The notes: generated from the letters alone by a model not told the origin. Shown: positions 8,383 to 17,324, numbered from the stretch's first letter. The stretch is DNA of 24,181 nt from Armatimonadota bacterium (GCA_038207085.1 JBBRAE010000037.1:1-24181), one strand, 5' to 3'. Numbers and translations are program-made.

Positions 8383-9357
8383 ATGATTTATCGGCAACTT
8401 GGACAATCTGGAATGGACGTTTCAGTTATCGGCCTTGGCACCTGGGCTATGGGCGGCACCTGGTGGGGAGGTACCGATGAAGAGGACTCCGTCGCCGCTA
8501 TCCGCTATGGCCTCGATAACGGGATAAACCTGATCGACACCGCGCCCGTCTACGGCTATGGCCTCGCGGAGACAATCGTCGGGCAGGCGATCAAGAGTTA
8601 TGACCGCGACAAAGTCTTTATCGCGACCAAAGTCGGCCTTATCTGGCACAAGGCGATGGGAGTCGCGTTTTTTGAGGCTGATGGTAAGAAGGTCTATCGC
8701 AGCCTGAAGCCCGAGAACATCCGATACGAGGTGGAACAGAGCCTGACGCGCCTGGACGTCGACTATATAGACCTCTACCAGACCCACTGGCAGGACCCGA
8801 AGACCTCCATCGCCGACACGATGGCCGAGCTCCTCAAGCTAAAAGACGAGGGCAAGATCCGCGCGATCGGAGTCTCAAATGCAAGCGTCCACCAGATGGA
8901 GCAGTACCTTGGGGTGGGGCGGATCGAGTCCACCCAGCCGCTGTACAACATGCTCGACCGGGCGATCGAGGAAGAAGAGTTGCCGTTCAGCATCGAGCAT
9001 ATGGTCGGGGTCCTGAGCTACTCGACCCTTGGCATGGGGCTTCTGACAGGCAAAATGACCCCTGACCGCCAGTTCCCAGCAGGTGACACGCGGGCGGAGC
9101 GTCCGCAGTTTGCCTTTGAGCCGATCGAAAAGATCAACGCGATGCTCGAAAAGTTTGCGCCTTTCCGGAACAAGTATGGCCTGACCCAGCCCCAGCTGAC
9201 CGCAAGTTGGGCGATCAGCCGCCACGGCGTGACATGCGCCCTGGTAGGCGTGCGAAACGTCGATCAGGCCGCTGAGATCATCCCCGCCGGCAACGTGCTG
9301 ATCGAGGAGTCCGACCTCGAAGCAATGGACCAAATAATCGAGGCTGCTGAGGTCTAA
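8383..9357 (+). CDS. Aldo/keto reductase (AKR11/YhdN-like)
   Basis: ATG 8383 after GGAG. YRQLGQSGMDVSVIGLGTWAMGG, IDTAPVYG, IATKVG, IDLYQTHW, GKIRAIGVSN. Confidence 0.93.
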   Translation: MIYRQLGQSGMDVSVIGLGTWAMGGTWWGGTDEEDSVAAIRYGLDNGINLIDTAPVYGYGLAETIVGQAIKSYDRDKVFIATKVGLIWHKAMGVAFFEADGKKVYRSLKPENIRYEVEQSLTRLDVDYIDLYQTHWQDPKTSIADTMAELLKLKDEGKIRAIGVSNASVHQMEQYLGVGRIESTQPLYNMLDRAIEEEELPFSIEHMVGVLSYSTLGMGLLTGKMTPDRQFPAGDTRAERPQFAFEPIEKINAMLEKFAPFRNKYGLTQPQLTASWAISRHGVTCALVGVRNVDQAAEIIPAGNVLIEESDLEAMDQIIEAAEV

Positions 9358-9380
9358 GTTTTTAGGCTATGGCATAGCAT

Positions 9381-9411
9381 AAAAAAGAACCCCGGACTCC
9401 GGGGTTCTTTT
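9381..9411. terminator. Bidirectional terminator between the convergent AKR genes
   Basis: AAAAAAGAACCCCGG-ACT-CCGGGGTTCTTTT. Confidence 0.85.
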
Positions 9412-9444
9412 GCATTACACATACTTCAAACGAGAGGTCTAACC

Positions 9445-11055
9445 TCAGGCCAGCGTCTGAATATCGGTTGACGATCGCACTCTGACACATCTGAAGTAGT
9501 CGGGGTCGACGAAGTAGAGCGTCGAGATCCCGGTGACGGCGACGAACTTGTTGAGTGCCGGCCGTGTGATCGTGCCGCTGTCGACTCTCACGCCCTTGAC
9601 TGCCCCTCCGCTTGGCACTCCGCAGCCGTCGTCTATGATAAAGTATCCGGCGCCGGACTCAACAACCCTGCCTACGGTCTTGACGAGCATCCCCACATTG
9701 TTCAAGCCCGACCCGCCGAGCACACCGATCTGCCCCTGGCCGTTTACTGAGCCGCGGGCATAGTCGGCTCCACCAAGCGCCGCGTTTGAAAGCGCGACCG
9801 GGTTGACCGTGGCATTTGTCGACACTTGGGTTCTGGAGGTTATCGACACATAGCGCTCGCCGTTGGTGTCGGTTGTGATCATGCCCACGATTCTCTGACG
9901 GCTCTTTAGCACAGGCATCGTAAGCGTGCCTGTGAGCTTGAACTTCATTCCACCCGTGCGGTCGAAAGACTCGGCATAGAAGCAGTCTGAAAAGACCGCA
10001 GTCACCACAACGCCTGCGTTGTTTTCGTCATTGATTGTAACTCCTACGCTGTCTGGCCTGCGCTTGGCGTCGGTTATCCACATATAAGTCTGGTTCAGGC
10101 GCCGCTCCATCTGCCCGCACTCGTACTCTGTCATCGGCACGAAGTTCTTGACGACGTTCGCCAGTTGCCCCACTTGGTAGTAGTTGGCTACTCCAGGGAC
10201 AATCACGTCAACGGTCTGCCCTCTAGGCACAGACAGGGCGTATCGGATCATCGACTGGTAGTCCACCTGCCCCATACCGTACCCTACAGTGACGCTTGGA
10301 TACCCTCCTCCAAGTGGCTTCATACCGATAACGCCTATGTTCTTGCTGCGACACATCGGCACCTGATCAGTCCAGTAAGGAAGAGAGGAGTTCAGACCGT
10401 TGGCAAACCCGAGGAAGCAGTCCCAGTCGTACATCGTAAGCGCCGTTTTGACGTTTGCGGAGTCCGGATGCCCGGTCATACCCATAAAGCGAATGACCCC
10501 CTCATCCCGCAGCTTGCAAAGTGTCCAGTAGGCCCCGTTGGTCTGCCCAAAGGCTGCGAGGTTGTCGTTGTTGTTGACCATGTGAACCTGCAGCAGGTCG
10601 ATATAGCTTGTCTGCAGAGCGAGGAGGCTGTTCTCCACCTCGGGCATGATTATATCGTAGGTGCGGTTGGCAAGCCCCGCTTCAAATTTGGTGGCAAGAA
10701 ACGCCTCACTGCGCCGGGTTGCCATAACCAGTCCGATTCGGAGTTGGCTTCGGTTGTAGTTGTTCGCGGTGTCGAGATAGGAAATGCCGTTGTCTAAGGC
10801 GTTGTGGATAGCGTTTGCCACATAAGGGTCATCGGCATCCGTGCCGTCCTTAATCCAGCAGGCTCCGCCGAGCCCGAGGCGGCTGACTGATACTCCTGTC
10901 CGTCCCAGAACAACCTGTGGCAGCTTCTGGGAGTACGACATGGGGTAGGGCCCTGCCGCTTCAGCTTTCTTGGCTCCGGACAACACCGAAAGACCGACTC
11001 CAGCAGCAACCGTCCCCGATGCTTTCAGGAACTCTCTGCGAGTCAAGTTATTCAT
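9445..11055 (-). CDS. Tat-exported aldo/keto reductase with an extra ~210-aa C-terminal beta-rich domain
   Basis: TRREFLK twin-arginine signal and AEA cleavage site. AKR motifs LGRTGVSVSRLGLG, YLDTANNY, FLATK, IDLLQVH, GMKPLGGG. C-terminal region VVTAVFSDCFY..DR..G / GLNNVGMLVKTVGRV / YFIIDDG..GVRV / VAVTGIS. Confidence 0.87.
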   Translation of the reverse strand: MNNLTRREFLKASGTVAAGVGLSVLSGAKKAEAAGPYPMSYSQKLPQVVLGRTGVSVSRLGLGGACWIKDGTDADDPYVANAIHNALDNGISYLDTANNYNRSQLRIGLVMATRRSEAFLATKFEAGLANRTYDIIMPEVENSLLALQTSYIDLLQVHMVNNNDNLAAFGQTNGAYWTLCKLRDEGVIRFMGMTGHPDSANVKTALTMYDWDCFLGFANGLNSSLPYWTDQVPMCRSKNIGVIGMKPLGGGYPSVTVGYGMGQVDYQSMIRYALSVPRGQTVDVIVPGVANYYQVGQLANVVKNFVPMTEYECGQMERRLNQTYMWITDAKRRPDSVGVTINDENNAGVVVTAVFSDCFYAESFDRTGGMKFKLTGTLTMPVLKSRQRIVGMITTDTNGERYVSITSRTQVSTNATVNPVALSNAALGGADYARGSVNGQGQIGVLGGSGLNNVGMLVKTVGRVVESGAGYFIIDDGCGVPSGGAVKGVRVDSGTITRPALNKFVAVTGISTLYFVDPDYFRCVRVRSSTDIQTLA

Positions 11056-11312
11056 ACTTAGAACCCCCTAACAAAGGTGTACGTGAAGCAGGCGATGCTG
11101 GCTAGGAGTGCCAATGTTGCACCATTTCCAATTTCACAAGAATAGCTTATTTGTCTCAGGATACCATGTTTTCACGGAGCATGCATGCAATTTCAGGAAA
11201 GTTATGCACGTCGGATACGTTTGACAATTTTCAAATGCATTGGTGACCAAATTGATGAGCTGGGGAACAGGCTGCAACGGAGCCTATTGGCCTGAGCCGA
11301 GCACCCTTTAAG

Positions 11313-11341
11313 TTGACCAAAAGTCGCTATTTTGATATAAT
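11313..11341 (+). promoter_or_regulatory. Sigma70 promoter of gyrA
   Basis: TTGACC-17 bp-TATAAT with an extended -10 TG. Confidence 0.8.
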
Positions 11342-11391
11342 AACAGTGCGGCCTTAGGGCCGTAGTCTGTGTACAGCCGTACAGTCAAGTA

Positions 11392-11405
11392 AGAACATCT
11401 GTTCT
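11392..11405. promoter_or_regulatory. Candidate LexA (Cheo-type) box in the gyrA leader
   Basis: AGAAC-ATCT-GTTCT matches GAAC-N4-GTTC. Confidence 0.45.
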
Positions 11406-11426
11406 GCCACGAGAGGAAACTCTGTC

Positions 11427-13877
11427 TTGAGCATAATCGCACGGGAAATTATTCCTATCAATATTGAAGACGAGATGACCCGCTCGTACGTCGGGTATGC
11501 GATGAGCGTCAACATCGCTCGCGCTCTTCCTGACGTGCGCGACGGTCTGAAACCCGCCCAGCGGCGCATCCTCGTTGCAATGCACGACCTGAACCTTGGG
11601 CCAAACGCCCAGCACAGAAAGTCCGCCAAGGTCGCCGGTGACACCTCGGGTAACTACCATCCCCACGGTGAACAGGTCATTTACCCCACCATGGTCAGGA
11701 TGGCGCAGGACTTCAACATGCGCTACCCTTTGATCAACGGTCAGGGAAACATGGGAAGCATCGACGGCGATCCTCCGGCGGCTATGAGATACACCGAAGT
11801 CCGAATGTCGGCGCTTGCTATGGAGCTGATAGAAGACCTCGACAAGAATACCGTGGACTGGCTCCCGAACTACGATCAGACCCGAACCGAGCCGACGATC
11901 TTTCCCGCCAAGTACCCGAACCTGCTCACGAACGGTTCGACCGGCATCGGTGTCGCTATGGCGACAAATATCCCGCCGCACAACCTGTCTGAGCTCTGTG
12001 AAGGCGCGATTTACCTGATCGACCATCCCGGCTCGACCCCTGAGGACCTGATGCAGTTCATCAAGGGCCCGGACTTCCCGACCGCTGGGATGATCCTTGG
12101 CACCAAGGGGATCAAAAAGGCTTTCGAGACCGGCACCGGCTCCATCACGATGCAGGCGCAGGTCCAGATCGAGCCGCTTGACAACAACCGCTCGGCGATC
12201 GTCATCACGGAGCTGCCGTATCAGGTCAACAAGAAGACCCTGATCGAGCACATCGCGGCAATGGTCCGGGCAAAGAAGGTCGACGGCATCAGCGCAATCG
12301 ACGACTTCTCAGACCGCACCGGAATGCGTGTCGTGATCGAGCTCAAGCGCGACGCCCATCCCAAGCGAATCTTGAACTTTCTGCTGAAGCACAGCTCGCT
12401 TAGGACGACGTTCGGCGTCATTATGCTTGCGCTTGTGAACAACTCGCCCAAGGTTCTGAACATCTCTCAGATGCTCCAGCACTTCATCGATCACCGCTTT
12501 GAGATCGTCACCAGGCGCACAGTCTACGAGCTTGAGCGTGCAAGGTATCGCGCGCATATCCTCGAGGGTTTGCGTATCGCGGTCGACTTCCTAGACGAAG
12601 TGATCAAGGTCATCCGGGCATCGAAGAACGGCGAAGCGGCCCGCACCGAGCTTATGAGCCGGTTTGGTCTCAGTCAGCTGCAGGCCGACGCGATCCTCAA
12701 CATGCAGCTTCGCCAGCTGACCGCCCTCGAGCGCCAGAAGATCGAGGACGAGTATAAAGAGCTTATGAAGCGAATCGCCTACTACGAGGACTTGTTGGCC
12801 GACCCGCTAAAGATCCTCGCTGTGATCAAGGGCGAGCTCAAATATATCAAGGACAAGTTCGGCGACGAGCGGCGCACGCGGATCGTCCCGATGGAGGCCG
12901 AGGAGATCGGCGACGAGCAGCTTATCCCCGACGAGGAGACGATCATCACGATCACCCGCGACGGGTATATCAAGCGCGTCCCTATCGACACCTACCGTAG
13001 CCAGAGGCGCGGCGGCAAGGGAATAATCGGCGCGAACACCAAGGAAGAAGACACCGTCCATCAGCTCTTTGTAGCGACGACGCACCACTTCATCCTGTTC
13101 TTTACGAACAAGGGGCGCGTCTACCGTCTGAAGGCCTACGAGGTCCCGCAGACCAGCCGCACGGCGATGGGCACGGCGATCATCAACCTGATCTCAATTG
13201 AGCCAGGCGATGTGATCACCGGTGTTGTCCCTGTAAAGCTGCTCGGCGCGGAGGGGAACCTCCTTATGGGGACCGAGAAGGGCGAAGTCAAGAAGACGGC
13301 GCTGGGTGAGTTCATCAACCTGCGCGCAAACGGCCTTCGCGCCTTCGACCTTGAGGATGGTGACGAGCTGAAGTGGGTCGAGCTTTCAAACGGCAAGGAC
13401 GAGGTCATCCTGGTCACGCGAAACGGCATGTCGATTCGCTTCCATGAAAAAGACCTCAGAAGCGCCGGCAGAAGCTCCGGCGGCGTCCGCGGCATTATGC
13501 TGGGCGACAGCGACCGCGTCGTTGGGATGACTCTCGCGAGGCCTGAGACCGAGCTACTGGTCGCGACCGAACTCGGTTACGGCAAGCGGACCCCGATCGA
13601 GGACTACCGCAAGCAGACCCGCGGCGGCAAGGGTATCATCACGATGAAGCTGACGGAGAAGACCGGCCGCATCGTAGATACCGTAACGGTCGACAAGACG
13701 GACAAGGTCATCACGATCACCGAAAACGGAATTGTGATGAAGTGCCCGGTTGAGCAGATCCGCTGCTGCGGCCGCAGCACCCAGGGCGTCCGCCTGATCA
13801 ACCTGGTCGAGTGGGACAAGGTAGCAAGCATCACCCGGATCCCCAAGACCGAGGACCCCGGCGCAGCCGAAGAGTAA
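11427..13877 (+). CDS. gyrA: DNA gyrase subunit A
   Basis: RALPDVRDGLKP, YHPHG, AAMRYTE catalytic Tyr, GyrA box QRRGGKG, beta-pinwheel repeats; TTG start after GAGAGG. Confidence 0.96.
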   Translation: MSIIAREIIPINIEDEMTRSYVGYAMSVNIARALPDVRDGLKPAQRRILVAMHDLNLGPNAQHRKSAKVAGDTSGNYHPHGEQVIYPTMVRMAQDFNMRYPLINGQGNMGSIDGDPPAAMRYTEVRMSALAMELIEDLDKNTVDWLPNYDQTRTEPTIFPAKYPNLLTNGSTGIGVAMATNIPPHNLSELCEGAIYLIDHPGSTPEDLMQFIKGPDFPTAGMILGTKGIKKAFETGTGSITMQAQVQIEPLDNNRSAIVITELPYQVNKKTLIEHIAAMVRAKKVDGISAIDDFSDRTGMRVVIELKRDAHPKRILNFLLKHSSLRTTFGVIMLALVNNSPKVLNISQMLQHFIDHRFEIVTRRTVYELERARYRAHILEGLRIAVDFLDEVIKVIRASKNGEAARTELMSRFGLSQLQADAILNMQLRQLTALERQKIEDEYKELMKRIAYYEDLLADPLKILAVIKGELKYIKDKFGDERRTRIVPMEAEEIGDEQLIPDEETIITITRDGYIKRVPIDTYRSQRRGGKGIIGANTKEEDTVHQLFVATTHHFILFFTNKGRVYRLKAYEVPQTSRTAMGTAIINLISIEPGDVITGVVPVKLLGAEGNLLMGTEKGEVKKTALGEFINLRANGLRAFDLEDGDELKWVELSNGKDEVILVTRNGMSIRFHEKDLRSAGRSSGGVRGIMLGDSDRVVGMTLARPETELLVATELGYGKRTPIEDYRKQTRGGKGIITMKLTEKTGRIVDTVTVDKTDKVITITENGIVMKCPVEQIRCCGRSTQGVRLINLVEWDKVASITRIPKTEDPGAAEE

Positions 13878-13886
13878 ACGAACAAA

Positions 13887-13916
13887 ATGGGCGGCGAACT
13901 CCCTTTCGCCGCCCAT
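13887..13916. terminator. Stem-loop after gyrA
   Basis: ATGGGCGGCGAA-CTCCCT-TTCGCCGCCCAT. The U-tract is better on the minus strand. Confidence 0.6.
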
Positions 13917-13987
13917 ATCCAAAAAACGCGCATCTTGTTCCTGCAGTGGTATAGTTATAGCGACACCACTCGATCCGAGGTAAACCG

Positions 13988-14191
13988 ATGCGAACCAAAC
14001 ACAAGCAGCCGGAGATAGTTCTTCGAAAAGGCAAGCCGACTGCGGTCATACTCGATATAGATGTATACCGTGAGATGCTCGAGCGCCTCGAAGACTTGGA
14101 GGACATACAGGCCCTTCAGGAGATGCGAAACCAGCCCACGGAGTTCGTCAAACTGGACGACTTCCTGAAGGAACTCGACGAGGGTGTATGA
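13988..14191 (+). CDS. Phd/YefM-like antitoxin
   Basis: PEIVLRKGKPTAVILDIDVYREMLERLEDLED; GAGG RBS and TGgTATAGT upstream; overlaps the start of a relE remnant. Confidence 0.8.
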   Translation: MRTKHKQPEIVLRKGKPTAVILDIDVYREMLERLEDLEDIQALQEMRNQPTEFVKLDDFLKELDEGV

Positions 14192-14303
14192 AGTTTATCT
14201 CTCAAAGGCTGTCGGCGACTATCGCGTGATCTACGAAATCGACGAAGACCAGAAGCGCGTCAATGTCCTGCGCGTCAGTCACAGGCGCGAGGTATATCGC
14301 TAG
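14184..14303 (+). pseudogene. relE: RelE/ParE toxin remnant with a large in-frame internal deletion (39 aa left)
   Basis: GTG start overlapping the antitoxin stop. MYEVYLSKA is joined directly to VGDYRVIYEIDEDQKRVNVLRVSHRREVYR*. Not in the ORF track because it is under 60 aa. Confidence 0.82.
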
Positions 14304-14322
14304 TAGAATCGGAGTTAAGGTT

Positions 14323-14670
14323 ATGGCAATAGTGACCGAAGAGTGCCTGCAAGAAATAGTCGACGAGATTGTCCACGAGGTCGACCCCGAGCGGGTCTAT
14401 GTTTTCGGTTCCTACGCCCGTGGCACAGCCCGCGACGACTCAGACCTCGACCTCCTCATAGTGGAACGCGAACCCTTCAGCCCCAAGCGCAGCCGCCGCC
14501 TTGAAATGGCGCGCCTATCCCGTCTACTTGCCCAGTTTCGAGTCCCCAAGGACGTTTTGGTCTATTCAACCGATGAAGTCGCCCAATGGCAGAGCGCCAA
14601 GAACCACGTCGTCTCCCACGCGCTTAGGGAGGGGAGGCTTCTGTATGAATGTCAAGCCCCGCATGAGTAA
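14323..14670 (+). CDS. Minimal nucleotidyltransferase (MNT/MntA-like antitoxin)
   Basis: VYVFGSYARGTARDDSDLDLLIV (GS..DxD motif) and C-terminal ALREGRLLYE; ATG 14323 after GGAG/AAGG. Confidence 0.88.
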   Translation: MAIVTEECLQEIVDEIVHEVDPERVYVFGSYARGTARDDSDLDLLIVEREPFSPKRSRRLEMARLSRLLAQFRVPKDVLVYSTDEVAQWQSAKNHVVSHALREGRLLYECQAPHE

Positions 14671-14675
14671 AATTG

Positions 14676-16208
14676 CTAAAGAACCGTAATCCAGAAGTCG
14701 TAGCTTGCGTCGGTGGTTTGTCGAGCCTTCACTGTTACTGGTGTGACATAAAGCCTTCCAAGAGTGTCTCGCATGGTGACCCCTTCTACAGCTGAGCCAT
14801 TGATGTGTTTCGACTGCACCACAAGGGTATAATTGCCAGGCACTAAATCGCGGATTTCGAACCGTCCTGATCCATCCGCAAGCGTTCTCTTGAATACTGG
14901 AACTTCCAATCTTCGGGTCGGCTCGATTCTGCTGTCCCACACTACAAAGCGATCAGTCATCCCAATGAAACCACAGTAGTCGGGAATGGTGATTCCTGGC
15001 AATGCAAGCCATACCTCGGCACCGACATCGGGTTTCTGCCCTTGATACTTATTGTAGTAATAACTCAAGTTGCCAGTAATTGAACCAAACTCGCGCCCAC
15101 TGTCGGAGTATGAATCGGAGTATCGCTCCCAAGCCGCCTTTGCAGACGTAATAGTTCGCTCCCACCTCAACGATTCTTCTCGTGCTCTCTTCTTGGCATC
15201 CTCCTGCAACTGCCTCTCCGCAGCTTCTCGTTGCCGACGTTCAGCCTCTTGTTCCTGTCGCCTTGCATCTTCCCTTCGTTGTTGTAGTGCCCGTTCTTCG
15301 GCAGCACGCGCATCCAAAACCACATTCTGCAATGTTACTGTTATAGGCTGCGAATCATAACCATACCCAGTAGTGTCCGAAATGTGAGCTGAGATTGAGT
15401 ATTGTCCAGATGGAGTGTCAAGAGCCAGCCATTTCACCTTGCAGATTCCTGGTTTAATCTCCCCAATTATGGTGCCGTTGCAGACAAACTTACCATCCGT
15501 GATAGCTAACCCTGGATGGATGTTGGCAGCCAATTCAACCTCGGGGTGCGATTGGTCAACTGTGATTTGTGATGAAGCTGCCGGTGTGTCTATGGTCAGG
15601 CGCTTTGGCACTGATACGGTAATGGCATCGGATAAGACTGTGCCGCAATTTGAGGTGCCTCTGAGCTGCAACGAGTAGCTGCCCTCTGGTAGCTTACGTG
15701 CGTCCCATAGCAGGTCATTAGAGGTTCGGCTAACCACAGCTCCGTTCACATAAAGGCGTAAGTCCAAGTTCTTCAGATTTGGCAATGCCTTGTAGTCTAC
15801 ATTTGTCTGCCCCGGAACGTCATCGTTGCATTTTGGGCTCGTGATACGTATTGGTGGTAAGTCCATAAGCTCCACCCATATCTTGCGTGTTCTCTCAATA
15901 CTGGTGGTTCTTTCCACAGCTACTTCAACGATGTGCTGGCCAGCGTACGATCCACCACTGCGCCAAGCGAGCCGATACTTTCCCCATTTATTGGTGCTGT
16001 CGACCGCACGACGGTCGACATTGAGACTTACCTTTGTAACCCTCGTATCAGAGACTTCTCCACATACCCAAATGGTATCTCCGCACTTTGCTACGATTTC
16101 GGATTCGCCACCGACGGTGATCTCTGCTGCCCAAGTGGCATCGCAACATGCCGTATAACACGCAACAATGAGGGTTGTTACAACCAACAATCGACAAGAC
16201 AACATCAA
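14676..16208 (-). CDS. Secreted hypothetical protein: signal peptide, about three bacterial Ig-like domains, coiled coil, prealbumin/carboxypeptidase-regulatory-like C-terminal domain
   Basis: Hydrophobic N-terminus. Repeated Big-type motifs (WDARKLPEGSYSL, LDTPSGQYSISA). E/R/Q/A-rich stretch. TLADGSGRFEIRDLVPGNYTL. Codon usage is visibly less GC-biased than the neighbouring genes. Confidence 0.75.
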   Translation of the reverse strand: MMLSCRLLVVTTLIVACYTACCDATWAAEITVGGESEIVAKCGDTIWVCGEVSDTRVTKVSLNVDRRAVDSTNKWGKYRLAWRSGGSYAGQHIVEVAVERTTSIERTRKIWVELMDLPPIRITSPKCNDDVPGQTNVDYKALPNLKNLDLRLYVNGAVVSRTSNDLLWDARKLPEGSYSLQLRGTSNCGTVLSDAITVSVPKRLTIDTPAASSQITVDQSHPEVELAANIHPGLAITDGKFVCNGTIIGEIKPGICKVKWLALDTPSGQYSISAHISDTTGYGYDSQPITVTLQNVVLDARAAEERALQQRREDARRQEQEAERRQREAAERQLQEDAKKRAREESLRWERTITSAKAAWERYSDSYSDSGREFGSITGNLSYYYNKYQGQKPDVGAEVWLALPGITIPDYCGFIGMTDRFVVWDSRIEPTRRLEVPVFKRTLADGSGRFEIRDLVPGNYTLVVQSKHINGSAVEGVTMRDTLGRLYVTPVTVKARQTTDASYDFWITVL

Positions 16209-16260
16209 GGCTACTCAGTCCTTCCGTTTTTATTATCTCGCGTTCACATTACTAATGTGC

Positions 16261-16290
16261 AGTATATCTGAACGCCTGTCGGCCTGTCAA
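16261..16290 (-). promoter_or_regulatory. Sigma70-type promoter for the secreted protein gene
   Basis: Minus strand TTGACA-18 bp-TATACT. Confidence 0.5.
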
Positions 16291-16391
16291 TGCTACAGTA
16301 GCAAAGAATGGCGGAGCACTACCAGAAGAGTAATCGACGCCCCAAAAGCTAACCCATATCCCCTATCCTCCAAACTGGGTAAAGTAAACCC

Positions 16392-17324
16392 ATGAGATAC
16401 GGATTCGCGGTTAAAGTCTTGGGCGATGGTGGCCTTCCCTCGCATGACACGCGGCGGTGGCAGAGTGGGCCGAGCCTGGGGGTGAGCATCGACTGCCTCT
16501 TTGGGGTGCTCGAATACCTCACAAAAAAGAAGATCGGGATGTACCGGATGAGCTCGGACTTCATCCCCTACGGCACGCACCCGGATATGCCGCAGTTCCA
16601 CGAGCAGATCGACAAATTCCAAACGCGGCTCGCCGAGGTCGGGACCGAGGCTCGTCGGAGGGATATTCGCCTCAGCCTGCACCCCTCCCAGTTCGTCGTC
16701 CTAAACGCGCTTGACCCCGAGGTCGCCCGAAAAGCCGCCGCAGATCTCACACAGCAGTCCCAACTTCTCGACGCGATGGAACTAGGTCCGGAGGCCGTAG
16801 TCGTCACCCACGTCGGAGGCGTTTACGGCGACAAAGACGCGGGCGTCGCGCGGTTCATCGAGCGCTGGAAGGCTCTCCCCGAGCCCGCCCGCCGCCGGGT
16901 CGTAGTAGAAAACGACGAGCGATCGTTCTGCGTTGACGATATTCTGAAGATTCACGGAGAAACCGGCGCAAGGCTCATTTTCGACTACCTCCACCACATG
17001 CTGAACCCCTGCACCCTCGGACTCGCCGATGCCCTTCGAGCATGCCTTGCCACCTGGCCTGAGGGAGTAGCCCCAAAGATCCATTTCAGCTCGCCCCGGA
17101 CCGAAATGCGCCCAATCGAGCGCAAAAATCCCACGACCGGCAAACGCGAGGTCACCTACCAGCCGCCCCTGGTCTCCCAGCACTCCGATTACGTTAACCT
17201 GCTCGAGTTTCTGATGTTCCAGCAGGCGACCGGCCCCATCACCTATGACGTAATGCTCGAAGCCAAAGCAAAAGACCTGGCCGTGCTTGAGCTGCGCAAG
17301 TTTCTGGACTGCAGAACATCCTAA
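16392..17324 (+). CDS. uvsE: UV DNA damage endonuclease UvsE/UVDE
   Basis: YRMSSDFIPYGTHP, RLSLHPSQFVVLN, THVGGVYGDK, VVENDE, FDYLHH, PKIHFSSPR, HSDY, DVMLEAKAKDLA. Confidence 0.93.
   Translation: MRYGFAVKVLGDGGLPSHDTRRWQSGPSLGVSIDCLFGVLEYLTKKKIGMYRMSSDFIPYGTHPDMPQFHEQIDKFQTRLAEVGTEARRRDIRLSLHPSQFVVLNALDPEVARKAAADLTQQSQLLDAMELGPEAVVVTHVGGVYGDKDAGVARFIERWKALPEPARRRVVVENDERSFCVDDILKIHGETGARLIFDYLHHMLNPCTLGLADALRACLATWPEGVAPKIHFSSPRTEMRPIERKNPTTGKREVTYQPPLVSQHSDYVNLLEFLMFQQATGPITYDVMLEAKAKDLAVLELRKFLDCRTS

Noticed and set aside
11100..11125. GAGTGCCAA as a CIRCE half-site, or TTGGCAC as a sigma54 -24 element
   Set aside because: The matching CIRCE left arm and the -12 TTGC element are absent.
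11385..12251. 288-aa minus-strand ORF within gyrA, and similar shadow ORFs in clpC, the AKRs and 18927-19943
   Set aside because: Fully antisense to well-supported genes and without recognisable motifs.
11427..13877. ParC instead of GyrA, since gyrB is not adjacent
   Set aside because: The canonical GyrA box QRRGGKG and a full-length CTD are present.
16269..16282. TGAACGCCTGTCGG as a LexA box for uvsE
   Set aside because: Only 6 of 8 core positions match and it is over 100 bp from the start codon; too weak to call.
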